From an uncultured Alphaproteobacteria bacterium (GTDB lineage: Bacteria; Pseudomonadota; Alphaproteobacteria; Rhizobiales; Xanthobacteraceae), in assembly GCA_963785665.1 (NCBI GenBank), contig CAWAWF010000022.1:242267-306266 (forward strand): a DNA stretch of 64,000 bases, written 5' to 3'. The stretch's first letter is position 1. Each line of letters opens with the position of its first letter. The notes under the pieces are model-generated. The model was not told where the DNA came from. It saw only the letters and a program-made list of their open reading frames with translations, and did not search any database. A program made the translations under genes and the position numbers. Of the stretch, positions 1 to 10,148 are shown piece by piece.

Positions 1-535
1 AGCTCGGATTGAAAACGATCGCCCACCAGTCGAGCGGATAGGCGACGCCGTCGCGCATCTCGTATCCGGCCGGTGTGTGCATCCACGAGTTGGCCGACAG
101 GATCCAGAACGCCGAGGTGGCGGTGCCGATGGCGACGATCACCGCCGACAGCGTGTGCAGCCAGCGCGGCACCCGCCTGCCGCCGAACAAGAGGATGGCG
201 AGGAAGCTCGCCTCCAGGAAGAACGCGCTCAGCACCTCGTAGCCGGCCAGCGGGCCGACGATGTTGCCGGCAATCCGCGAGAAGCGGCTCCAGTTGGTGC
301 CGAGCTCGTAGGACAGCACCACGCCGGAGACCACGCCCATGCCGAACGAGATCGCGAGAATCCGGGTCCAGAAGCCGGCGATGCGGAGGAAACGGTCGCG
401 GCCGGTCCACCACGCGGTGACATGCAGCGTGGCGATATAGGCCGACAGCCCGATGGTGAAGCTCGGAAAGATGATGTGGAACGCGATAGTGAAGCCGAAT
501 TGCAGCCGCGCCAGCAGGACGGGATCGAAGTCCAT
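1..535 (-). CDS. cydA: cytochrome bd ubiquinol oxidase subunit I (5' part; runs off the window edge)
   Basis: Manual minus-strand translation: MDFDPVLLARLQFGFTIAFHIIFPSFTIGL...SYELGTNWS...YEVLSAFFLEASF...ILSANSWMHTP, which is the CydA N-terminal signature. Absent from the ORF track because no stop lies inside the window. Confidence 0.93.
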   Translation of the reverse strand, partial: MDFDPVLLARLQFGFTIAFHIIFPSFTIGLSAYIATLHVTAWWTGRDRFLRIAGFWTRILAISFGMGVVSGVVLSYELGTNWSRFSRIAGNIVGPLAGYEVLSAFFLEASFLAILLFGGRRVPRWLHTLSAVIVAIGTATSAFWILSANSWMHTPAGYEMRDGVAYPLDWWAIVFNPS

Positions 536-679
536 GGCCGTGTTCCTCGCAGCCGCGCAAAACACTTGCGGCGTCCCGGTGGATATGTCGGCCTCTGCCG
601 CGGATTGCGCAAGAGGGCGGCTGTGTCGCGCTGCGCCGGACGCTATGCTTGCGTTCGTGCGGGACGAAGGGGGTGCGCC

Positions 680-2002
680 ATGACCGACACGACGACTGCG
701 ACGGACGGCTTCCTCCAACGCCAGTTCAAGCTGCGCGAGCATGGCACCGACGTGCGCACCGAGTTCATCGCCGGTGCGACCACCTTCCTCACCATGGTCT
801 ACATCGTGTTCGTCAATCCGCAGATCCTCGGCAACGCCGGCATGGACAAGGGCGCGGTGTTCGTCGCCACCTGCATCGCGTCCGCGGTGTCGACCCTGGT
901 GATGGCGTTCTACGCCAACTATCCGATCGCGCTCGCGCCCGGCATGGGGCTCAACGCCTTCTTCGCCTTCACGGTGGTGCTGACCTACAAGTATTCGTGG
1001 CAGCAGGCGCTGGCGGCGGTGTTCTGTTCCGGCGTGATCTTCTTCCTGATCTCGATCTTCCGCATCCGCGAATACGTCATCAACGCCATCCCGAAAAATC
1101 TCAAGCTTGCGATCTCGGCCGGCGTCGGCCTGTTCCTGCTGATCATCGCGCTGGAGGAGGCCAAGATCGTCGTCGTTCATCCGGCGACGCTCGTCACCCT
1201 CGGCGACCTCAAGCAATGGCCGGCGATCCTTTGCCTGCTCGGCTTCGTGCTGATCGTCGGGCTGAACTACCGAAAGGTGATCGGCGGCACGGTGATCGGC
1301 ATCCTGGTGGTGTCGGTGATCGGCATTCCGCTCGGCCTTGCGCAATACAGCGGCGTGGTCTCGATGCCGCCGTCGCTTGAGCCGACCCTGTTCAAGCTCG
1401 ATTTCTCGCGGCTGGCCGAGCAGACCTTCATCATCGTCGTGTTCAGCTTCCTGCTGGTCGACGTGTTCGACAACGCCGGCACCTTGATCGGGGTCACGCA
1501 TCGCGCGGGGCTGCTCGACAAGGACGGCAATCTGCCCCGGATGCGGCAGGCGCTGATCGCCGACAGCTTTGCCGCCATGTTCGGCTCGCTGATCGGCACA
1601 TCTACCACGACGAGCTACATCGAGAGCGCGGCCGGCGTCTCCGCCGGCGGTCGCACCGGGCTGACCGCGGCGTTCGTCGCGCTGTTCTTCCTGCTGGCGC
1701 TGCTGTTCTCGCCGCTCGCCGGCATGGTGCCGGCCTATGCGACGGCTGCGGCGCTGCTCTACGTCGCCTGTGTGATGACGCAAGGGCTGGCCGAGATCGA
1801 ATGGAGCGACCTCACCGAATACGCGCCCGCGGTGGTCACCGCGGTGACGATGCCGCTCACCTATTCGATCGCGACCGGCATCGGGCTTGGCTTCATCACC
1901 TACATCCTCTGCAAGCTGATCGCCGGGAAATTCACCGAGGTGAGGCTCGCCGTGGTGGTGCTGGCGATCCTGTTCGGCATCAAGTTCGCGATCGCGGGGT
2001 GA
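680..2002 (+). CDS. NCS2/AzgA family purine permease
   Basis: FKLREHGTDVRTEFIAGATTFLTMVYIVFVNP, APGMGLNAFF and TTSYIESAAG motifs. ATG at 680 follows a purine-rich GAAGGGGG RBS. Confidence 0.93.
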   Translation: MTDTTTATDGFLQRQFKLREHGTDVRTEFIAGATTFLTMVYIVFVNPQILGNAGMDKGAVFVATCIASAVSTLVMAFYANYPIALAPGMGLNAFFAFTVVLTYKYSWQQALAAVFCSGVIFFLISIFRIREYVINAIPKNLKLAISAGVGLFLLIIALEEAKIVVVHPATLVTLGDLKQWPAILCLLGFVLIVGLNYRKVIGGTVIGILVVSVIGIPLGLAQYSGVVSMPPSLEPTLFKLDFSRLAEQTFIIVVFSFLLVDVFDNAGTLIGVTHRAGLLDKDGNLPRMRQALIADSFAAMFGSLIGTSTTTSYIESAAGVSAGGRTGLTAAFVALFFLLALLFSPLAGMVPAYATAAALLYVACVMTQGLAEIEWSDLTEYAPAVVTAVTMPLTYSIATGIGLGFITYILCKLIAGKFTEVRLAVVVLAILFGIKFAIAG

Positions 2003-2007
2003 CAGCA

Positions 2008-2754
2008 ATGAAAATCCGGCTGCTGATCGGTGCGCTTGGCCTTTCGCTTGTGGCGACGGCGGCGCAATCGGCCGAGCTGAAGATCTTCGGCTCGCGGGTC
2101 ACCAAGGTGATCGTCGGCGAGCTTGGCCCGCAGTTCACCAAGGCCACCGGCCTGACCCCGGTGGTGGTGGCCGACGTCGCAGCCGTGATGAAGCGGCGAA
2201 TCGAGGCCGGCGAGCCGTTCGACGTGGCCGTGCTGGTCAACTTCCAGACCGACGACCTGATCAAGCAGGGCAAGCTCATTGCCGACAGCCGCGCCGACAT
2301 CATGTCGTCGGGCATCGGCGTCGCGGTGAAGCGCGGCGCGCCAAAGCCCGACATCGGCACGGTCGAGGCGTTCAAGCAGACGATGCTGAAGGCGAAGTCG
2401 GTGACCTACCTGAAGGAGGGCGCCAGCACCATCCATCTGCGCAAGGTGTTCGCCGAGCTCGGCATCACCGACGCGGTCAAGGCCAAGGCGGTCGAGACCG
2501 CGGGCGAGCAGGTCTCGGAGAAGGTCGCCGACGGCGAGGTCGAGCTTGGCCTGATCGTCATCCCCAACATCATGTCGGTGCCGGGTGCGGAGCTGGTCGG
2601 GCCGCTGCCGGCTGCGATCAACTCGGTGGTGATGTTCACCGCCGGGATATCGACGTCCTCGCCGAACCAAGAGGCGGCGAGGACATTGATCAAGCTTCTC
2701 AAGAGTCCCGAGACCCGGCCGTTGATTCAGGCCAAAGGCAACGACCCGGCGTAG
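2008..2754 (+). CDS. ModA-like (molybdate-type) periplasmic substrate-binding protein
   Basis: Signal peptide; GIGVAVKRGAPKPDIGTVEAFK and VADGEVELG motifs of SBP_bac_11 proteins. No permease gene adjacent. Confidence 0.8.
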   Translation: MKIRLLIGALGLSLVATAAQSAELKIFGSRVTKVIVGELGPQFTKATGLTPVVVADVAAVMKRRIEAGEPFDVAVLVNFQTDDLIKQGKLIADSRADIMSSGIGVAVKRGAPKPDIGTVEAFKQTMLKAKSVTYLKEGASTIHLRKVFAELGITDAVKAKAVETAGEQVSEKVADGEVELGLIVIPNIMSVPGAELVGPLPAAINSVVMFTAGISTSSPNQEAARTLIKLLKSPETRPLIQAKGNDPA

Positions 2755-2761
2755 ATCGCCG

Positions 2762-4306
2762 CTACGGCTTCACCCCGTAGCGCGCGAACTCGTCGGCGAT
2801 GTTGGCCCTGAGAGCCTTGGCGGAGGCCATGTCGGCAGCGCCGCCGTTCTTGTCGCCCTTGTGCATCTTGGCGATGCCGCGCCCGTACAGCGAGCCGGCA
2901 AGCTTCGGATCGAGCTTCAGGGCGGCGTCATAGTCGGTGATCGCGCTGTCGGTCTGGCCGAGCTTCAGATAGACGAAGCCGCGGGTGTCGAGCACGTCTC
3001 CGGCGTAGGGCTTGAGCTTGAGAGCGGCGTTGCAATCGTTCAGCGCCAGTTGCGTCTGGCCGGGGGTGATGGCACGAACCCAGCAGCGCGCGCTCCAGGC
3101 GTCGATATTGTCAGGCTGCAGCCGCGTCACCTCGCCGTAATCGGCGGCGGCGCGGGCGAAGTCGCCCTTGCGCTGATAGGCGGCGCCGCGGCTGTTGTAG
3201 CCATACACGGCCTTGGGGTCGGCCTTGATCACCGCGTTGTAGTCGGCGAGCGCGTGGTCGAGATCGTTCTTGGCCTCGAAGGCCGCGCCACGGCTGTTGA
3301 GATAGTCGGGATCGTTCGGATAGAGCTTGATCGCCAGGCCATAGTCGCCGATCGCACCATCGAAGTCCTTCTTGTCGAACTTGGCGCTGGCGCGGAAGTA
3401 GTAGGCGTTGGCGAGGCTCTTCTGGGTTTCGTCAATCACCGCGTCGCAGGCCTTGACGGTGTCGTCGACGGCGTTGGCCTTCTGCTCGTTCATGCAGAGA
3501 GCGGCGGCGCGCAGCGGCGCGGCATTGGAGGTGACGGCGGCGAGTTGCGGCGCCGATTCCTGTGCCGGTGGCGGCGCAAGCTGGGGCGCGGCCGCGGCAG
3601 CAACGACGGGCGCCGGCGCAAGCGCCTGCGGCAGGACCGGTTGCGGAGCGGGTGAGGGCGGGGCTGCCGAGGCGTGGGCGTTGGCCGCGGATTCTTGCGG
3701 AGCGGTGAAGGCTGCGTCGCTCGCCGACGCCGGCACCGGAACGATCGCGGCGGTGGCGGCTTGCGGTGCAGTGACAACAGGAGCCGCCGCGACGGGAGCG
3801 TGCGGAGCTGTCACGGCCGGGGCGGCGGACGCCTGCGACTGGGCCGCTGCCTGCGGAATGATCTCCTGCGTCGGCTTGTTCGACGACGCCGAATAAGTCC
3901 GCGACGACGTCAGCGTGGGCGGCGAAACCTTGATCGCCGGGAACGGCTCAGGCGCCGAGGAGCGGGTCGACGGATAGGAATCCGCCTGCGGCGGCTGATA
4001 GAACTGCGACGCTCCAGGTGTCGGAGAATATTGCGCCGACGACTGGTAGGGTTCCGATGTCGACGAGTAGGAGTCAGTCGAGGACGGCTCCATCGTGCGC
4101 GTGGTCGCCATCGCATCCGCTGGGATCGCGCGCTTGACCGTTGGCACGTGGCGTTGAACCGGGCGCTGCTGATGTTGCTGCTGCTGCTGCCACGGCCAAT
4201 GAATCTGCTCTGCTTTCGCGGTTGAACCGAAGCCGAGCGTCGCGGCGGCGATCGCCGCGGTGAGCATGGTCTTGTGCATAGCCGATGGTGTCCTGATCGC
4301 GTTCAT
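2762..4306 (-). CDS. secreted tetratricopeptide repeat protein with long Ala/Pro/Ser/Gln-rich linker
   Basis: Signal-like N-terminus, low-complexity middle, C-terminal TPRs (AIGDYGLAIKLYP, ALADYNAVIKADP, DTRGFVYLKLG). Start codon uncertain. Confidence 0.85.
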   Translation of the reverse strand: MNAIRTPSAMHKTMLTAAIAAATLGFGSTAKAEQIHWPWQQQQQHQQRPVQRHVPTVKRAIPADAMATTRTMEPSSTDSYSSTSEPYQSSAQYSPTPGASQFYQPPQADSYPSTRSSAPEPFPAIKVSPPTLTSSRTYSASSNKPTQEIIPQAAAQSQASAAPAVTAPHAPVAAAPVVTAPQAATAAIVPVPASASDAAFTAPQESAANAHASAAPPSPAPQPVLPQALAPAPVVAAAAAPQLAPPPAQESAPQLAAVTSNAAPLRAAALCMNEQKANAVDDTVKACDAVIDETQKSLANAYYFRASAKFDKKDFDGAIGDYGLAIKLYPNDPDYLNSRGAAFEAKNDLDHALADYNAVIKADPKAVYGYNSRGAAYQRKGDFARAAADYGEVTRLQPDNIDAWSARCWVRAITPGQTQLALNDCNAALKLKPYAGDVLDTRGFVYLKLGQTDSAITDYDAALKLDPKLAGSLYGRGIAKMHKGDKNGGAADMASAKALRANIADEFARYGVKP

Positions 4307-4339
4307 GCGAGCATCATGGCGCGGGGACGGGGAAACGCA

Positions 4340-4615
4340 ATGAAATCCGTTTTCTTTCTGCTGCTCAGGTTAATTTGCTATCCGGCGCTCGCGATCGTGC
4401 TCGCGGCGGGGCTCGCGTTAATCGTGATCAGTGTTAACGGCCAATGCCCGCCGCTCAGCGACATCGGCGTGACGTGCGCCGGTCGCAATTCGCAGAGGCT
4501 CGCGGACTTCGGATTGATGGTGCTGGGCTTCACGCTCGACACCGGATTTCCAATCGTGCTCGCGGTCGGCGGATTGATCTTCCTGCTGCGCGATGCGCGG
4601 CGGAGACGCGTTTAA
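4340..4615 (+). CDS. hypothetical small membrane protein
   Basis: Two hydrophobic segments flanking a Cys-x8-Cys loop; fills the gap between two minus-strand genes. Confidence 0.5.
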   Translation: MKSVFFLLLRLICYPALAIVLAAGLALIVISVNGQCPPLSDIGVTCAGRNSQRLADFGLMVLGFTLDTGFPIVLAVGGLIFLLRDARRRRV

Positions 4616-5428
4616 CCAAGCGCCTTCTTGATCGCCAGCATGTCGCGCCACGCTTGCCGCTTGGCGATCGGCGTGCGCAGCAGATAGGCCGGATGCAGCA
4701 TCGGCATGGCGCGGATCTCGCGCGTGCCGGTCTGGAAGGGAAACCAGCGGCCGCGGTTCTTGGTGATGCCCTGCACGCCGAGCAGCGCTCCGGTCGATGG
4801 CTGGCCGATCGTGACCAGTATGTCGGGATTGCTGAGCTCGATCTGGCGCTGGATGAACGGCAGGCAGATTTGCGTCTCGACCGGCGTCGGCGTGCGGTTG
4901 CCGGGCGGCCGCCACGGCACGATGTTGGCGATGTAGATGTCGGCGCGGTCGAGCCCGATCGCCTTGAGCATGCGGTCGAGCAGTTGTCCCGAGCGGCCGA
5001 CGAACGGCACGCCCTGCCGGTCTTCCTCGGCGCCGGGCGCCTCGCCGATCAGCATCAGCCGCGAGCCCGGCGTGCCGTCGGCGAAGCAAAGCCGGCTGGC
5101 CGAGCTTTTCAGGCCGCAGCCGTCGAAGCGCTCGAGGATGGCGCGCAGCTCGTCGAGGGTTGCGGCGGAGCGGGCGGCCTCGCGCGCCGCCATCACCGCG
5201 GCATCGGCCGCGGGAGGTGGAGCGACCGCCGGACGCAGCGTCGTATCGAGGGTGCGGGAAGGGCGCGCGGCACCGGGCGGAGCAGCCTGCGGTCTTCGGC
5301 GCCGCAGCCGGTGGCGGCTCGGGAGCCGACAGAAGATCGTTGGCCTGTTCGCCGACGGCTGCGTCTACGCCGGCCTCGGCGTAGAAATTGAGCAACTCAC
5401 GGGCGGCTTTGCTGCGGTCGGGGATCAT
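4612..5428 (-). CDS. uracil-DNA glycosylase family 4 (frameshifted near 5280)
   Basis: GEAPGAEED, PFVGRSG, WRPPGNRTP and HPAYLLR motifs. N-terminus MIPDRSKAARELLNFYAEAGVD is in another frame. Confidence 0.9.
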
Positions 5429-5505
5429 CGATCTGTTCGGAGGTGGATGCGCACGATAACATGTTATCGGTCTTCCGCCCACGCAACGAGGATGGCGAGA
5501 AATCG

Positions 5506-7155
5506 ATGGCCGACGATCTGCCCGCCCGCGAATCCATGGAGTTCGACGTCGTCATCGTGGGCGCCGGTCCGGCGGGGCTCGCGGCGGCGATCCGGCTGAA
5601 GCAGGTGGCGCCCGAACTCGGCGTCGTGGTGGTCGAGAAGGGCTCCGAGGTCGGCGCCCATATCCTGTCCGGCGCGGTGATCGATCCGGTCGGGCTCGAC
5701 CGCCTGCTGCCGGAATGGCGAAACGAAGACACCCCGATCAAGACCGCGGTGACCGACGACCGCTTCTACTTCATGACGCATGCGGCGGCGCTGCGGCTGC
5801 CGAATTTCATGATGCCGCCGCTGATGTCGAACCACGGCAACTTCATCGTCTCGCTCGGCAATGTGTGCCGCTGGCTCGCCACCAAGGCCGAGGCGCTCGG
5901 CGTCGAGATCTATCCGGGCTTTGCCGCCACCGAGGTGCTGTTCGAGGGCGGCGCGGTGGCCGGCGTCGCCACCGGCGACATGGGGATCGGCAAGGACGGC
6001 AAGCCGCGCAGCGACTTCACCCGCGGCATGGAGCTTCGCGCCAAATACACTTTGTTCGCCGAGGGCGCGCGCGGCAGCCTGTCGAAGACGCTGATCGCGA
6101 AGTTCGGCCTCGACCAGGGCCGCCAGCCGCAGAAGTTCGGCCTCGGTCTGAAGGAGCTGTGGCAGGTCGCCCCCGACAAGCACAAGCCTGGGCTGGTGCA
6201 GCATTCGTTCGGCTGGCCGCTCGACAATGGAACGGGCGGCGGCTCGTTCCTCTATCACTTCGACGACAACATGGTGTCGGTCGGCTTCGTGGTCCATCTC
6301 AACTATTCGAATCCCTATCTGTCGCCGTTCGAGGAATTCCAGCGCTTCAAGACCCATCCGGCGATCCGCGGCACCTTCGAGGGCGGCAAGCGGCTGTCGT
6401 ACGGCGCACGCGCCATCACCGAGGGCGGCTATCAGTCGGTGCCGAAGCTGACGTTCCCGGGCGGCGCGCTGATCGGCTGCGCGGCGGGCTTCGTCAACCT
6501 GCCGCGCATCAAGGGCAGCCACAACGCCATCCTGTCCGGGATGCTGGCGGCCGAGCACGCCGCCGAGGCGCTGGCGGAAGGCCGCGCCGGCGACGAGCTT
6601 TCGGGCTACGACCAGGAATGGCGGGACGGCGAAATCGGCCGCGACCTGTGGAAGGTGCGCAACGCCAAGCCGCTGTGGTCGAAGCTTGGCACTTTTTTGG
6701 GCATCGTCGCCGGCGGCTTCGACATGTGGTGCAACACGCTCGGCTTTTCGCTCCTTGGCACGCTCAAGCACGGCAAAGCCGATGCCGAGACGCTGAAGCC
6801 GGCCGCGCAGTGCCGGCGCATCGACTATGCGAAGCCGGACGGCAAGCTCACCTTCGACCGGCTGTCGTCGGTGTTCGTCTCCAACACCAATCACGAGGAA
6901 GACCAGCCGCCGCACCTGAAGGTCGCCGACATGGCGCTGCAGAAGGCGTCCGAGCACGACGTCTATGCCGGGCCGTCGGCGCGCTATTGCCCGGCTGGCG
7001 TGTACGAGTGGGTTGAGGAGGGCGGGCAGCCGCGCTTCGTCATCAACGCGCAGAACTGCGTCCACTGCAAAACCTGCGATATCAAGGACCCCAACCGCAA
7101 CATCACCTGGGTGCCGCCGGAGGGTGGCGGCGGCCCGAAATACTCGAATATGTGA
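5506..7155 (+). CDS. electron transfer flavoprotein-ubiquinone oxidoreductase
   Basis: DVVIVGAGPAG FAD motif, EKGSEVGAHILSG, YCPAGVYE and NCVHCKTCDIKDP Fe-S motifs. Confidence 0.96.
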   Translation: MADDLPARESMEFDVVIVGAGPAGLAAAIRLKQVAPELGVVVVEKGSEVGAHILSGAVIDPVGLDRLLPEWRNEDTPIKTAVTDDRFYFMTHAAALRLPNFMMPPLMSNHGNFIVSLGNVCRWLATKAEALGVEIYPGFAATEVLFEGGAVAGVATGDMGIGKDGKPRSDFTRGMELRAKYTLFAEGARGSLSKTLIAKFGLDQGRQPQKFGLGLKELWQVAPDKHKPGLVQHSFGWPLDNGTGGGSFLYHFDDNMVSVGFVVHLNYSNPYLSPFEEFQRFKTHPAIRGTFEGGKRLSYGARAITEGGYQSVPKLTFPGGALIGCAAGFVNLPRIKGSHNAILSGMLAAEHAAEALAEGRAGDELSGYDQEWRDGEIGRDLWKVRNAKPLWSKLGTFLGIVAGGFDMWCNTLGFSLLGTLKHGKADAETLKPAAQCRRIDYAKPDGKLTFDRLSSVFVSNTNHEEDQPPHLKVADMALQKASEHDVYAGPSARYCPAGVYEWVEEGGQPRFVINAQNCVHCKTCDIKDPNRNITWVPPEGGGGPKYSNM

Positions 7156-7317
7156 AGGCGGTTCCGGTCCCTGGCCACGATACCGCCACACCGCGATTGT
7201 CATGGATACGCCTGGGGGCGATGAGGGCATTCCTCTCCTTGCGGGAGGACGGCAAAAAGGCCATTCTGCGCCCGACTCGAAGGGCTGGCGCAGCGCCGCC
7301 CATGGAGAAAACCACTC

Positions 7318-9093
7318 GTGATTGTTCCTTCTTCCCTCCGGCGCCTTGCTGGCGTCGTGCTTGGCGCAGCCACATTGATCCTGCCGACCGCGCTGTCCGC
7401 CCAAGGCGCGGCGCAAGATGTGCAGATTTCCACTTACATGCCGTCGGCGCACGAGCTGTCGCGGATCAGCACATCGGGCAGCTATCTGGCCGCGCGTCAC
7501 GCCGGCAGCCAGCGTGACGCCGGCGCCGCCGCCGCCTATTACCGCGCCTCGTTGCGAGGCGACCCGAAAAACCCGGAGCTCCTGGAGCGCGCCTTCCTCT
7601 CGGTGCTGGCCGAGGGCGACATCGACGAGGCGGTCCGGCTCGCCGACCAGGTCCTCAAGCTCGACAAGAACGACCGCATCGCGCGGCTGGTGCTCGGCGT
7701 CCATGCGCTGAAGCAGAAGAAGTACCCGCTCGCCAAGCAGAACCTGGTGCAGTCGATCCGGGGGCCGATCACCGATCTGGCCGCGACCCTGCTCTCGGCC
7801 TGGGCCAGCTACGGCGCCGGCGACGCCAAGACTGCCGTTGAGTCGATCGACAAGCTGCAAGGCGCCGACTGGTACGCGCTGTTCAAGGATTTGCACGCCG
7901 GTTTGATCCTCGACCTGTCCGGCAACAAGAAAGAGGCCGGCAAGCGTTTCGAACGGGCGCAGAAGCTCGACGCCACCGCGCTTCGCCTGGTGCAGTCCTA
8001 TGCCTCCTGGCTGTCGCGGAACGGCAAGCCCGACGACGCGATGAAGGTGTTCAAGGACTTCGACGCGCAACTGCCGCGCCACCCGCTGATCGTCGAGGAG
8101 ATGGATCAGCTCAGCAAGAACAAGCAGCTGCCGCCGCTTGTTGCCGACGCGCAGACTGGCGCCGCTGAGGTGCTGTACGGGCTCGGCGCGGCGCTCGGCC
8201 GCCGCGGCGGCGAGGATCTCGGCCTGGTCTATCTGCAGCTTGCACTCTATCTGGCGCCGAACCAGCCGCTTGCATTGCTGTCGCTCGCCGATCTTTACGA
8301 GCAGGTGAAGAACCCGCAGCTCGCCATCAAGATTTACGAGCGGGTGCCGGCGACTTCGCCGCTCCATCGCAACGCCGATATCCAGCTCGCGGTCAATCTC
8401 GACTCCGTCGACAAGACCGACGACGCCAAGCAGCGTTTGCAGAAGCTGCTCAAGGAGAATCCGAACGACATCGATGCCATCATGGCGCTCGGCAGCATTC
8501 AGCGCGGCCGCAAGGACTTCGCCGATTGCGTCCAGACCTACGGCAAGGGCATCGCCACCATTGCCAATCCGGAGAAGCCGAACTGGCTGATCTACTACTT
8601 CCGCGGTATCTGCAACGAGCGCGCCAAGAACTGGCCGGCCTCCGAGGCCGATCTGAAGGAGGCACTCAAGCTCTATCCCGACCAGCCGCATGTGCTGAAC
8701 TATCTCGGCTATTCGTGGATCGACCAGGGCATCAATCTCGAAGACGGCATGAAGATGATCCGCCGCGCGGTCGAGCAGCGGCCGGACGATGGCTATATCG
8801 TCGACTCGCTCGGCTGGGCCTATTACCGCACCGGAAATTACGACGAAGCGGTGAAGAACCTGGAGCGCGCGGTCGAACTCAAGCCGGAGGATCCGACCAT
8901 CAACGACCACCTCGGCGACGCCTATGCCAAGACCGGGCGGACGCTCGAGGCCCAGTTCCAGTGGTCGCATGCCCGCGACCTCAAGCCCGAGCCCGAAGAC
9001 CTCGCCAAGATCAAGCAGAAGCTGGCGAGTGGTCAGACCGACGACACCTCGTCGTCGGCCGACGCGGCGAAGAAGAAGCCGGACGGCGGCTGA
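7318..9093 (+). CDS. periplasmic tetratricopeptide repeat protein (conserved upstream of ispE)
   Basis: GSYLAAR N-terminus, LNYLGYSW, DSLGWAYY and INDHLGDAY TPR motifs. Confidence 0.92.
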   Translation: MIVPSSLRRLAGVVLGAATLILPTALSAQGAAQDVQISTYMPSAHELSRISTSGSYLAARHAGSQRDAGAAAAYYRASLRGDPKNPELLERAFLSVLAEGDIDEAVRLADQVLKLDKNDRIARLVLGVHALKQKKYPLAKQNLVQSIRGPITDLAATLLSAWASYGAGDAKTAVESIDKLQGADWYALFKDLHAGLILDLSGNKKEAGKRFERAQKLDATALRLVQSYASWLSRNGKPDDAMKVFKDFDAQLPRHPLIVEEMDQLSKNKQLPPLVADAQTGAAEVLYGLGAALGRRGGEDLGLVYLQLALYLAPNQPLALLSLADLYEQVKNPQLAIKIYERVPATSPLHRNADIQLAVNLDSVDKTDDAKQRLQKLLKENPNDIDAIMALGSIQRGRKDFADCVQTYGKGIATIANPEKPNWLIYYFRGICNERAKNWPASEADLKEALKLYPDQPHVLNYLGYSWIDQGINLEDGMKMIRRAVEQRPDDGYIVDSLGWAYYRTGNYDEAVKNLERAVELKPEDPTINDHLGDAYAKTGRTLEAQFQWSHARDLKPEPEDLAKIKQKLASGQTDDTSSSADAAKKKPDGG

Positions 9094-9120
9094 TCCGATC
9101 AAACGGACATAACCTCTCAA

Positions 9121-9205
9121 CGTCATGCCCGGGCTTGTCCCGGGCATCCACGTCTTTGGGCCGCAAAGCAAGGCGTGGATGGCCGGGACAAGCCCGGCCA
9201 TGACG
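9121..9205. repeat. CGTC-type palindromic (REP-like) intergenic element
   Basis: CGTCATGCCCGGGCTTGTCCCGGGCATCCACG...CGTGGATGGCCGGGACAAGCCCGGCCATGACG, a near-perfect inverted pair whose arms each contain an internal hairpin. Confidence 0.85.
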
Positions 9206-9215
9206 GCTAAATGTC

Positions 9216-10100
9216 TTGCCATGGTCAACGTCTCGCCAGCTCGTCGAAACCGCTCCCGCCAAGGTCAATCTGACGCTCGCCGTGCTCGGCCGGCGCGCCG
9301 ACGGCTATCATCTGCTCGACAGCCTGGTGGTGTTCGCCGCCGAGGCTGACCGGCTGATCTTGTCGCCGGGTGGCCCCTTGTCGCTGGTGGTGCGCGGGAC
9401 GACCGCGGACGCAGCAGGCCCGATCGAAAGCAACCTGGTGTTCAAGGCGGCGCGCGCGCTGGCGGCTGAAATTCCAACTCTCAAGCTCGGCCGTTTCACG
9501 CTGGACAAGCGTCTGCCGGTCGCGGCCGGTCTCGGCGGCGGCTCGTCCGATGCCGCCGCGGCGTTGCGTCTGCTCGCCCGCGCCAACCGCCTGAAGCTCA
9601 CCGACCGTCGGCTCCTCAAGGCCGCTCAAAAAGTCGGCGCAGACGTCCCGGTCTGCGTCGATCCGCGCCCACGGCGGATGCGCGGCATCGGCGAAAGACT
9701 CTCGGCGCCTCTGTCGATCCCCAAGCTCGCGGCGGTGCTGGTCAATCCGGGCGTCGCGGTGCCGACCCGGGACGTGTTCGCGCTGCTAGGCCGAAAGCCC
9801 GGCGGCGCCGTCGCCCGCGCGCCACGGGCGCGGGCGTTGCCGGCCAACGGCGACGCGCTGATCGAGCTTGTGGCCGCCGGGCGCAACGATCTCGAGCCGC
9901 CCGCCATCAAGCTTCAGCCGGCGATCGCTGTTGCGCTTGATACGCTGCGCCGGGCGAGCGGCTGCCAGCTTGCCCGCATGTCGGGTTCCGGCGCCACCTG
10001 CTTCGGGCTGTTCTCGTCGGCACGCGCGGCGGCGGTTGCGGCCCGAAACATTGCCGCTGCCGAGCCGCATTGGTGGGTCAAGGCAACGGTTTTCGGCTAG
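9216..10100 (+). CDS. ispE: 4-diphosphocytidyl-2-C-methyl-D-erythritol kinase
   Basis: APAKVNLTL, DGYHLL, LPVAAGLGGGSSDAA, GADVPV and RMSGSGATCF motifs. Confidence 0.96.
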   Translation: MPWSTSRQLVETAPAKVNLTLAVLGRRADGYHLLDSLVVFAAEADRLILSPGGPLSLVVRGTTADAAGPIESNLVFKAARALAAEIPTLKLGRFTLDKRLPVAAGLGGGSSDAAAALRLLARANRLKLTDRRLLKAAQKVGADVPVCVDPRPRRMRGIGERLSAPLSIPKLAAVLVNPGVAVPTRDVFALLGRKPGGAVARAPRARALPANGDALIELVAAGRNDLEPPAIKLQPAIAVALDTLRRASGCQLARMSGSGATCFGLFSSARAAAVAARNIAAAEPHWWVKATVFG

Positions 10101-10148
10101 CGATTGTTGCTACAATCGCCCAGCCATCCCGCGCACGAAGGTTCCCGC

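Noticed and set aside
655-678. TTCGTGCGGGACGAAGGGGGTGCG resembles the tRNA-Pro anticodon arm (TTCGTTCGGGACGAAGGGGTCGC)
   Set aside because: Short match with no D-arm, T-arm or acceptor stem; it overlaps the permease RBS and is most likely coincidence.
77-679. 200-aa N-terminal extension of the NCS2 permease in the ORF track
   Set aside because: It is the antisense frame of cydA; the real start is ATG 680 with an RBS.
540-680. Possible purine riboswitch ahead of the NCS2 permease
   Set aside because: No purine-riboswitch core sequences visible; short divergent promoter region. An Infernal/Rfam scan would settle it.
5464-9228. 1254-aa minus-strand ORF and other long antisense ORFs (e.g. 50681-52834, 36736-38832, 22933-24531)
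   Set aside because: Shadow frames of well-supported genes on the opposite strand, expected in high-GC DNA; no recognisable motifs.
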